From NCBI RefSeq assembly GCF_009914755.1, contig NC_060935.1: a stretch of 64,000 bases of DNA; one strand, 5' to 3'. Below, piece after piece: positions 51,262 through 64,000 of the stretch (position 1 is the stretch's first letter; each line of letters begins with the position of its first letter). This DNA comes from the human T2T-CHM13v2.0 reference genome, Homo sapiens. The notes under the pieces are model-generated. The model had not been told where the DNA came from, searched no databases, and saw only the letters and a program-made list of their open reading frames with translations. The translations under genes were made by a program, and so were the position numbers.

Positions 51262-51671
51262 CTGTGGGGAGGCTCGGGCACTGCCCTAGGTCCAGCTCAC
51301 CACTTAGGCACCCTGAGTGGAGGCTGGAGAGCAGCTGTCCCCAAGTGGCCTTGACTTCCTTATCTGTACAATAGGATTGTGGCCATCGCCCCCTTGCCAG
51401 TGTTTAAAGAATCTGAATGGAGCAGTGTCCACTGTGAGGCTGAGTCCAGAGCAGCTCCGACACCCACCGGGCCACTTACAAGCCAGGCCACGCTCCCTAA
51501 ACCCACCGACCCTGGGCTCCTGCCACGCTTGTGTTTATGTGATTCCACCAGCAAGCCAGGGAGGCAGTACCACTGGCCCCATTCTGCAGACGGGAAAAGG
51601 GAAGCTCTGGTGGGGGGCTGCAGTGGGGGTCACCTGTCGCCTGTGTGTGACCTCGCCACTCCCTGCCATAC

Positions 51672-51769
51672 CTGACAGCAACAAAGAAGAGCAGCACCCC
51701 AGGGACGCCGTAGAAGGGGAGGTAGGATAAGAAGAAGCGGGCATAGAAGCTGGCGGCCCAGAGCAAATC
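51672..51769 (-). CDS. FADS3: FADS3 exon 8 (98 nt)
   Basis: [32 protein letters not shown]; GT/AG flanks. Confidence 0.96.
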
Positions 51770-52162
51770 CTGCAGAGGAGGGCAGAGGCGATACCGAGAG
51801 GTCTCCAGGTGCCCGGAGGTCTGGAGGCCTGGTGGGTGGGAGGAGGACCTCAGGCATCCAACCCTTCTGCCTGATTTGCCTCAGAGCCCAGGACAGGCCA
51901 CCACCCTCTCTGGTTTTCTCAGCTGAGTAAAGGAACAGGGTCCTTGCCCTGCCAGCTCACGAGGCTGATTTTAGTGACGAAGGTGTCATGCAGGGTGTGT
52001 TGGGGAAGACCCTGCCAGGGACACAGATGCCTGGCAGAGTCGGCCCAGCAACTCCTCCTGGGAAGACACCCTCACCGAGAGAGACCCACACCCCCCCTGT
52101 TCCTCAACCCCCCCCCACCACACGTACAGTCACGGGCACACTCGCTCTCCTGCTGCGCGCAC

Positions 52163-52221
52163 ACATGTGAGCCACACTGTTGCACGCATACATGTGAGCC
52201 ACACTGTTGCACGCACATGTG
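52163..52221. repeat. 27-bp tandem repeat, ~2.2 copies, in FADS3 intron 7
   Basis: acatgtgagccacactgttgcacgca(t) repeated. Confidence 0.88.
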
Positions 52222-52316
52222 CACCCTGTTTGCCTTCATGGGCAGGTACTGTCCCCCGAGGCACCACCTCCTGCCACGGCAGCCGTATGCCCGGGGTCCT
52301 GGGCAACCCCACTCAC

Positions 52317-52393
52317 CGCCCACTGCATGCACACCAGCATGTACGCCAGATTTTCCACTTCAAAGTTCACCAGGGTGAGCAGCGGCGGGCCGA
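52317..52393 (-). CDS. FADS3: FADS3 exon 7 (77 nt)
   Basis: [25 protein letters not shown]; GT/AG flanks. Confidence 0.96.
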
Positions 52394-52960
52394 CTGCAAG
52401 AAGGGGCATGAGAGTGTTCAGGAGTGGGGCTGGGCTGCCAAGGTGAGTGGGCGCCAGAGTGAGGGGCTCTGTTACTCCAGGAATGCCCCTGGGACGTTGG
52501 TGCTGGTCACATCCAGCTGAATGACCCCATATCACCCCCAATTCTGTGTCCAAGCCTCCCCAGGCTGCCCTTACCCCACCACCTCCCACCACCCTTCACC
52601 GCAAGTCAGGGCCAGACTTGAGTCCTCACTCTGTCCGCCCCAACAACTGCCCAAAGACTCTAGGGCTCCGGACCACTCTAGTGAGGGCAAGAAGAAATTC
52701 TACGTGGGGCTTGGGGAAGCTCCCAGCAGGGCTGTGATGGCCCGTGGCTGCAAGGTGTCCCAGGCACGGGAGACAGCTGGGGCAAAGGCATGCTGCTGGG
52801 AGAGTGTGTACAGACTGCAGAGGCTGGGAGGATGCCATGACCAGGGAGACCTGACAGACGTGCCCCGCCCCAGGAAGTGGCTGGGAGTGGTCCAGGACAG
52901 CAGGGAGGACAGTGCAGGCCCAGGCACTCCCCCACCCCAGAAGGACAGATGGACACTCAC

Positions 52961-53021
52961 TCAGGAAGAAGTACAGGTGCTGCTGGTTGTAGGGTAGGTA
53001 TCTGCGTTTCTTCTTGCCATA
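52961..53021 (-). CDS. FADS3: FADS3 exon 6 (61 nt)
   Basis: YGKKKRRYLPYNQQHLYFFL; GT/AG flanks. Confidence 0.96.
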
Positions 53022-53317
53022 CTGTGGAGACAGGCGGCGGCTGGAGACAGCAGCTCTCCAGGCCACCTCCTTCTCCCGGGCAAGGTCACGGGGCTGGCTG
53101 GGGCCAAGGGTCAAAGGCAACTCTAGATTCTAGCAAGCGGGCTGGTCGTCCCCAGCAGGTTGGGAGGTGGGAAGGAAAGACACGGGGGCAGAGCTTGGCC
53201 CAGCCAGAGTGGAGGCCAGATCAGGGGCTAGGTCAGGGGCAGAGTGGGGACCCAGTGCATTAGCTCCCCCTCAGCTGCAGGCCCAGCCAGAGGTTGTCCA
53301 CGTCCCTCCCCACCCAC

Positions 53318-53440
53318 CTCGACGGATGACTCCCCCAGGAGGAAGACGGGCGCCACCGTCACGTCTGGGTCTTTGTGGAAGATGTTGGGCTTGGCGTGGT
53401 GCTGGAAGTGGCGGAAGTTCCACCAGTGGGCGGAGAAGCC
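53318..53440 (-). CDS. FADS3: FADS3 exon 5 (123 nt; HFQHH)
   Basis: [41 protein letters not shown]; GT/AG flanks. Confidence 0.96.
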
Positions 53441-53551
53441 CTGTGGAGGAGGAGGGGGCTCTCAGGGCAGGCTGTGCCCCCGACTGTGCCCACACACTTG
53501 GGCAGACCCAGCGCCACCCAGCACCTGGCTGACCACCCACCCCACCCTCAC

Positions 53552-53653
53552 CTTTAGCTGCCCCATCACGAACTTCTGGGCCACGTGGTTCCACCAGGAC
53601 TTCTTGAAGATGGAGGCATGGCCCAGGTCATGCTGCAGACACCAGGACTGAGC
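53552..53653 (-). CDS. FADS3: FADS3 exon 4 (102 nt; HDLGH)
   Basis: [34 protein letters not shown]; GT/AG flanks. Confidence 0.96.
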
Positions 53654-54117
53654 CTGGGGAGAGAGGCAGGGTCAGAAGCTGTTGGGAAGGACGGAGCCCG
53701 CCAGGGCCTGGGGCCCCAGTGAATCCTTTCAGCTTGCAGGGTACCCCCGTGCTAATGCTCCATTTCAAGACCCTTGTGGGCCAGTGTCCTCTTTTTACAG
53801 ATGAGAACTGAGTCCCAGGGAGGTGGAGGGGCTCGTAAGTGTCATGAAGCTGCAGGGCAGCAGCCTCTGGCTCAGTGGCCCTGTGCTTGATCGGAATCTG
53901 TTCAAGAAGGAACTTCTTGGCTCATCTGGAATGCAGCTTGACCCACAGACATGCCTGATGGGCCTTCAGACTGTTCACTCATTCATCTGTTTATTCATCC
54001 ATTCATCCTTTCATAGGTCCATTCATTCATTTAGCAAATATGTTCACAATGCCCAGATGCATGGGGGCCCACGTCTGTTGGGCAGTTAAGGTGGCTGCAA
54101 CACAGAACTGGGGTCAC

Positions 54118-54315
54118 CTGAGAGATGGCCAGGATGAAGGCGGCCAGGGCACTGGGCACCCAGCCAGGACCCAGGAGGTAGATAAGGAGCCAGGCCAGCA
54201 CCTCCATGGCCAGGATGTGGCCCAGTAGGAAAGCAAAGAAGGTGGGACTGGCATCAAACAGCTTCATGTCCTCGGCTGCCTGGTGCAGGGCTCGGAAGTC
54301 CTCGACCAGCTGCGC
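54118..54315 (-). CDS. FADS3: FADS3 exon 3 (198 nt)
   Basis: [42 protein letters not shown]...ILAISQ; GT/AG flanks. Confidence 0.96.
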
Positions 54316-54846
54316 CTGCCATAGCAGAGGGGCCGATCAGCCAAGGAAGAAATTCCTCCCCACCCCCATTCTCCTGGAGCCCCAGCCGCTCCTCCCATCG
54401 CCAGGCCCAAGGGGTGTGGGCAAAGAGGAATGAAGTGACAAGAGTACCCAGCCCGGGGTGTGAGCTGGAGCACTGGCTGGTGGTGAAGCCTCCTCTCCCT
54501 CCCAAAAGGTATGGGGTGGGTAAGACGCTACAGCCAGGAGAGAAATCAGTTCATCAAAATCCTCCTTTTGATGGGGACACTGGGCGACAACAGGGAGGGA
54601 GCTTGCCTCGGGATCCAAACGAGTGCCTGGCTAAACCAGATCTGGAGCCCTGGACTTCTCAGGGCATCCCTACAGCTTCACTTTCAACTGCCTGCCCCCT
54701 GGGAGGGGAGGGCAGGCTCACCCCTGGCTCTGCATCCCCTTGGGCGAATGCCGAGGGAGCGGCTCCTGGCCATGTGGCAATGTCTCCCAGCCCTCCAGCC
54801 ATCCCCCTCCCTCAGGGGCTGAGCCTCTCCTAGGGCTCTGGCTCAC

Positions 54847-54957
54847 ATTCAGGGGTCCATCCTGGCTGGGTTCTTCCGGAGCCAGCTCTCCAATCAACAG
54901 GGGCTGTAGGAACTTGCGCACAAAATTGAGATCTTGATGGAAGGCACGGAAGGCATC
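54847..54957 (-). CDS. FADS3: FADS3 exon 2 (111 nt); exon 1 lies beyond position 64000
   Basis: [37 protein letters not shown]; no HPGG-bearing exon recognised in 54958-64000. Confidence 0.95.
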
Positions 54958-55527
54958 CTGAAGGAGAGCAGACAGTCAGGCGGACAGACAGACACAGCTG
55001 AGTAGCACAGCGGCAACCAGCAGAGACAGGCGGAAGGACTACGGATGGATGGGCAGAGCAGACGACAGGCGGACAGGAAGTCAGCCGGCTGATGAACAGT
55101 CAAAGACATGGGCCCTCCCTGGTCCTCCCAGGGCCCCAGGTTGTCCTGCTTTTCACCCATTGCCTGCTGTGCCCCATCCACTTCACCCAGCACAAGGGCC
55201 CCTCTCTGAACACGGTCAAACATCTGCAGCTCTGGATTTACAGAAAGACCTCCCGGGAAGACTTTGATTTCTTGAACCACGAAAAAAGGTTCTGCTTTTC
55301 CAAAAAGCTTAAGTCATACAAGTTTCCACTGCATGTAGAATAAGATCTGGGTCACGAACATTTGATTTACCCCGTTTTTATAAACATAAGCAGTGGGTGA
55401 AGGGTAGGTGGGAAAACCTGGAACTGAGGACCACTGGGTCACGGGGCGGGGGGATCAGTCAAGGGCGACACACATTGAGTCCTTGGGGGTTTGCAAGGAA
55501 GACACTTGAACAGTTAAACTGATTTGA

Positions 55528-57839
<2,312 letters not shown>

Positions 57840-58205
57840 TAAAAATTGTAGTAAAATATACATGAAATTTACCATTGTAAGCATTTTTAGGTGTCCAGCT
57901 CAGTGGTATTAAGTGCATGCACAGTGTTGTCCAACCATCACCATCATCCAGCTCCAGAACCTTTTCACCTTCCCCAACTGAAACTCTGTCCCCATTAAAC
58001 ACTAATTCTCCATTCTCTCCTCCCCCTGCCCCGGCAACCACCATGCTACCTTCTGTCCATACAGATCTGCCTCCTCCAGAAACCTCATCTGGGAGAAATC
58101 ACATGTTTGTTCCTTTGCCTCTGGCTTGTTTCACTCAGCACAATGTCCTTAAGGTCCATCCATGTTGCAGCACGTGTCAGGATGTCCTACCTTTTTAAGG
58201 CTGAG
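57840..58205 (-). mobile_element. Old L1 3' fragment (L1MB-like)
   Basis: ccatcaccatcatccagctccagaaccttttcacc...aactctgtccccattaaacact...aggtccatccatgttgcagc. Confidence 0.72.
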
Positions 58206-59031
58206 CCAGCGTGATGGTGAGTCCCTCTTTCTCCTTTGAAACTCCCCAGACACACACGCACATGCAGACACACCCACCAGCCCACACCAGCAGGCATCAC
58301 TCAGACACTCAGAAACATGCCCACAATCACGGCCCACATGAACACTCAGCCAAACACAGCCTTGCACACATGGTACGCAAAGATGCAGCTGGCACGCACA
58401 GACACACCCGGCGCAACGTGCAAGCTGTGGCTGCGGCCCCAGAATCTCCTCCCTCCCAGCCCTTCCCTCTATCACCCCATGTCAGTTCTGGGGCCACCTT
58501 ATTGAGCTGAGGATCTTGGGTCCAGATTGGTCTCCTCGCCTCCTTTCCCGTTGGTCCTGATTCACCCAGGCCAGCCCTGTCGAGGCACTGACAGGGGAGG
58601 ACAGAACCAAGCCTGCCCCAGGGCCTTCAAGCCAGATCTACCCCTTGCAATGATAAGGGGAAGTGTGAGCCCCCTCAGGGCTGTGTCAGAGAACCCCAAA
58701 GCCATTGACAGGGCTCCAGCTGGGGAAGGGACAGGTGGGGCTGTGACAGTTCCCTGGGAAGCAGGCTGGGCTCTCAGAGCTGGGTGGGCACCCTGGGGCT
58801 GTGCTTCTCATGCTATCAGGGAGTGCGAGTAGGGCAGGGGCCTGGACTCAGGCCGAAACCTGGAAGCAAACAGCCTTCTCTGGAACTGGCTGAGGTCATG
58901 TGACCTGGTCCTCTGTGGGCCTCTCCTTAAGGATGGGGGTGCCAGGCAGAAGCTAAGACTCAGAGAGGTTAAGCTACTTCTTCAAGGTCACACAGTTCCA
59001 TTTGACCGAGGTTAGATCAGAGTCCAGGTCT

Positions 59032-59295
59032 CTTCTCACTCATAAGTGAGAGTTGAACAATGAGAACACATGGACACAGGGAAGGGAACATCACACACCG
59101 GGGCTTACTGGGCGGGTGAGGGGCAAGGGGAGGGAGAGCATTAGGACAAATGCCTAATGTATATGGAGCTTAAAACCTAGATGAGGGGTTGACGGGTGCA
59201 GCAAACCACCATGGCACATGTATACCTATGTAACAAACCTGCACATTCTGCACGTTTCCCGGAACTTAAAGTGAAGAAAACAAAAACAAAAGCGA
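59032..59295 (+). mobile_element. L1PA 3' end with A-rich tail
   Basis: gttgaacaatgagaacacatggacacaggg...gcagcaaaccaccatggcacatgtatacctatgtaacaaacctgcac. Confidence 0.9.
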
Positions 59296-62200
59296 AAAAC
59301 TGTGCTTGTCGCCACTCCTGGAACAGAGGGGAAGCAGCAGTTCTCCTAGGTGGTGTGCGGGGGTCCTTGCCGTGAGGCCAGTCACTATCTCAAGAAGCCA
59401 AGGGCCCAGCTGCTGGGAGCCTGGGCTGGGGGGCAGGAAGGCGGTTCTTGGACCTCATCAGTGGAGCCTCAGGGAACTGTGGGAGGTCCCACCCTCACAC
59501 ACCCTAAGTGCACCCAGGAACATCCACCCAGGGCTACGTGCACAAAGCCCTGTCCCCCCAACCCCCACACGCACCCAAGCGAGTGGAAAGCGGCACTCGA
59601 CGTCTCTCATCGGGTACCGGAGCAGAGCTGGGTGAAAGTGCTGGAATCAAAACGGCACCCCTAAACACAAGCTCCTGGAGGTAGCGACAGGCTCTGTTCA
59701 CAGTGGCATCCTCAGAGGCCGGCACAGAGCAGCTGCTCAACAGCAGGTATGAACAAGTAGACAAGAGCCAACCCTCCACAGCCCCCAAAGCAGGGGCACG
59801 AACCATTTTGCTGGTGAGGAAATGAAGGCTCAGCGGGAAGGGACCCCTGCCCAGGTCCCAGTTAGTAGTGGCAGAGCTGGGATTCGAACCCGGGCCCATC
59901 TTCTGTGATGTTCATGCTCTCTCAGGATACAGAGACAGCTCAGCCTGGCCTTGGTCCCTGGAAGCCTAGAGTGGCTCAGTTGGCCCCAAGATCCCACGCC
60001 CTGCCCAAGCCCCACCGTGAATCCCACACAGCAGCTGGTCGGGGGGGTGTCCCAGAGCCAGCCTGCCCAGGATGGAACCTGAGCTGCTATCCAGGAGCCA
60101 GGGAGCCCCAGACAAGACCACACCCATCTCTCATCAGTATTTCTCATCAGTAAACTGGGAACCACAAATCCCCATCTCACAAGGCTGCTGGGAGGATGCA
60201 GTCGGTGGCGCTAAAGCACTTAGAAGGGGCCTGGCGGTTGGCAAGAGCTCCACAGCCCAGCTCTTTCTGAGCCCTGCAGCCCTGATGAGCCTCCTCCTGA
60301 GAGTCCACTTAGAGGTAAGTGCCTGCAGGAGGGGCCTACAGGTGTCAGGGAAGAGAGTGGAGAAGCTGCTTCTCTGCCTGCCTGTTAAGTCCTGGCCAAG
60401 CCTGAGGCTGGGAGAGAGGAGGGGCTGGCAGCCTCCTTCCACCCCAGAGACACAGCAGGGCAGGGAGGGATTTTGGGTCACTCCCTAGGAGAATCAAGAA
60501 TGTGCCAGATCAGTCAGGAAGGGGGTGAAGCAGGGAGTGTGGCAGGGCTGCTGAGGGCTCAGGTGGTCGGGGTCTGTCCTCGCTGCCTTCTCATGCCTTT
60601 GTAGGATGTTGGGGTGACAGGGCTATGCCTCAAAGGACACCCCCAGGACATTCCTGCCTCTCCCCTCTCCCAGGTGGGTGGGTACAGCAGGAGCGTGCCC
60701 AGCACACCATGCTCCGTCCCATCCTCTCCCTGGCGCCCGTCAGAGGAGGCCAGTGGGGAAGCACTATCAGTATCCCATTTTACAGATGAGGAAACTGAGG
60801 CCCCAAGAGGTCCCAAAGAAACACAGCTCTAAACATGGGACATCCAAATTTGGCCTGTGTAGCGGAGCCCAAGTCGAAGGCAGACACCCCCAAAAAGCTA
60901 CCCCTGTCCCCCAGCACCCCTCAATGTCCTGGTGAAGGGTGGGCATATATGTGAGGGCTCCTGCAGCCAGGACGCTTGGCCTCACAAGTGTCCCTGACCC
61001 CACAGTAGCCCCAAAGCAGCTATACCCTCTGGCTCCTGGTCCTCTCTCCACCACTGACCTCTGGCTCCACTACTGGAGCCTGGCTGTTTCATCAGAAACC
61101 CGCAGGAAGAGACCGGGAGGGATGCCCAGGGGCAGTATCCTGCTGACGCCAGACAATCCCAACTCTTCCCACAAGGAAGGAGCAAGGCACTGCAGCCCCT
61201 CTGGGGAAGGGGCCTGGGTGGGCGGTGGCCTTGCAGAAAACGCCTGCGGGGAGCCCAGAGCAGTCACACTTCATGGGAGTGGCCATTAGGGGACTTTCAA
61301 GGCAGTCAATGTGGTAGGAGGGAGTGGAGTGGCTCTGGAGCCACCCCCCAACCAACTCCTGTGGCCTCAGATCTGCCTAATCCTAGTCCTGTCCCTCCCC
61401 AGCTCCCACCCAGACACAAACCCCACCCTCGTGGCCCGAGTACAAAGGCCCTACCCTTCAAGGGTCCTGAGAAGGTTCCATTACACCCCCCAGTTTCAAA
61501 CTCAGTCTCCTCATCTACAAAATGGGCTAACAATAGGACTTACCTCATAAAGTTGTTAGGCGAATTCAATCAGTTACCACATCTAAACCCCTCAGAACAG
61601 TGCCTAGTCAATAACTGTTGGCTGCAATTACTATGAAGCAGCCTCTGCTGCAGCACTGGCCACTCCCTCCTCCAGCTCAGGCCAGGCTCAGAGAACCACC
61701 TAGAAGGAGGGTCCTAAGGCAGAGGGCTCAGGGGGTCTGCTGGAACTTGGATTTTCCCACAGTTGTTAGGGCTTCAGCCGAAAGGGCACCAGGGGCTGCT
61801 GGGAAACTCCTCATCCGCCCTGAGTTGCTGTGGGCAATGCATTCACCACACCCATGAATAGAGCTTTGTTGCCCATGGTAACCAGGCACCCAGGTGCCCA
61901 GCACCACCCTCATAGTGTGCCCAGGACAAAAGCATTCTCATCCTCATCACACTAATGGGGAAACTGAGACCCAGAAGTGAAAGGATGTGTCCAAGATCAT
62001 AGAGCGAGGCCAGGCTGGCTCCCTCTCTAAAGACAACATGAAGCTAAATCTAATGTGTCTAATGGCTCTCACTGGACCAGTGTGCCTGTGTCCACAGCCT
62101 CTCTTGCTCTCTGCCCTGGCCACACTCTACCTCTTCTGAGTGGCCTCCCTTGGGGGAGGGCAGGTCTCCATCCTCCCTTCTCTTACCCTTCTGGAAGGCT

Positions 62201-63699
62201 CTGCCTTCACTCTCTCCATTAAGGATCCTTTTAAATGTCCATCAGACTCCCCAGGCTTCCCTGCTGTGCTCTCTGGGGCTCCCCATCCTCTTTAAAATAA
62301 AGCCAAAGTCCTTCCGAGGACACAAACATCCAGCATGAGCCAGCCCGGCCGCCTCTAGACCTCACTGCCAGGCCCTCTCTCCACTGCTCTCTGCTGCAGC
62401 CATACTGTATTCCTGGAACACAGGACGCACGGTCCCACCTCTGAGCCTTTGCTCTAGCTGATCCCTCTGCTGTGAACTCATTCCCTGTAGAAGTTTTGCT
62501 CACAGCTACATCTTCAGAGGTGAGAACCATGCATGACACAGAGAAGATGCTCACTGATGGATTTAATGAGTCAAACATTGAAGAATCAATGAGTGCCGGA
62601 AATAAACAGGATAGGTGGCAGCATAGCATGCCCTTGAGAACATGGCTGTGGATTCAAATCCCAGACCAATCACTGAATTTCAAGCCACTTTGCCTCTCTG
62701 AGCCTCTGTTTTCTCATCTGTCAAGTGGCAATAACAATAAATGGTACGTGCCTCATAGGGGCACCTTGAGGATTAAAAGAGAGGGTTTCAATAAATCAAG
62801 TACTGATTTCAAAACCTGGCACATAGTAGGCACTCAGCACATGGCCCTTATATACTTATGGCCAGCAGCGGCTGGGCCTCATCCCTCCCTGGCTGGCTCC
62901 ACTAGTATCAGGCTGCCTATGACTCTCAGACAAACCTGGCCAAGGGCCCAGAGTACTCTCCCCAGGGCACCCGGCCTTGTGTCCCAAGATGGCCACAGGC
63001 TGACTTCATGGCACAGAAACTCTGGGAATTTCCTGGCAGGAAGGCTTCATTGCCTGGACTTGAGAACAGCTGATGGGCAGCCGGGGCTGGTGAGAGGTGA
63101 CCGCTGGAACACATCCCTGGCAACTGGCTGCCCCACCTCCACCTGAGGCCACCGCCCGGGATGGGATGCCTGGGGCCTGGGCTCAACTACACAGGGCACT
63201 GGGCTGGCCCAACCCCTGGTCTACCCTGTGGGTTCATCATGGACAAAGACTGATTGCACCATCCCAGCAACCTCACAGTCCCTTTGGCCTGAATGGACCA
63301 AGTATTTCTGGCAACTCTAGTCCAGGCTGTGGGGCCTTGAGGGAGCTAAGAGACAGCCTAAAGTGTCCCTTTCCTACTTCAGATAGGACCGTAACCAAAT
63401 AAGGTCACCCAGGAAAGGGGTAGCCGTGCAGGGCTGTCCCACCATACACTGCAGTTTGCAGGGCACGCTCACACTTAGGGGCCAGCAGCATTTACCGAAT
63501 ACAAACTACTACATGGCAGCCCTGGGCCATGGGCTTGAGGAGACACAGTCCTGCCCTCAGCCAGCTCACTGTCTGCCCCAGCTCTCCCCACTTTACAGAT
63601 GAGTAAACTGGGGCACAGAGGAGTGACATGCCTGCTTCAAGGTCGCTCAGTGCCTCCAATAGCAGAGCTGGCACCCGGCCCCAAGGAGCAGAGAGATGT

Positions 63700-64000
<301 letters not shown>

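Noticed and set aside
62472-63146. 224-aa + strand ORF in FADS3 intron 1
   Set aside because: Non-ATG start, crosses L2/MIR-like remnants, no recognisable protein features

Overview
Mammalian (almost certainly human) genomic DNA that I recognise as part of the FADS fatty-acid desaturase cluster (chr11q12). It holds the complete 12-exon FADS2 (delta-6 desaturase) gene on the + strand: CpG-island promoter at ~2430-4170, ATG 3323, stop 40640, a spliced CDS of 1335 nt (444 aa) and AATAAA at 42281. Facing it on the - strand are exons 2-12 of the paralog FADS3 (stop 48628, ATTAAA 48355-48360); FADS3 exon 1 lies beyond the window. All exon boundaries were placed by hand on GT/AG sites with consistent phases. 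The introns are rich in Alu, L1, L2/MIR, MER20, hAT and LTR remnants, which account for most entries in the ORF track. I see no prokaryotic-type system and no evidence of a new gene. The most unusual features are: (1) a 65-bp tandem repeat that triplicates the 3' end and splice donor of FADS2 exon 5; (2) a perfect 34-bp inverted copy, apparently templated from an LTR, in FADS3 intron 11; (3) an SRE/CCAAT/SRE module next to a 22-bp repeat in FADS2 intron 1; and (4) phase-0 exons 2-5 flanked by oppositely oriented Alus, which would give stop-free circular RNAs. Repeat boundaries are approximate and subfamily names are from recognition, not from a search.
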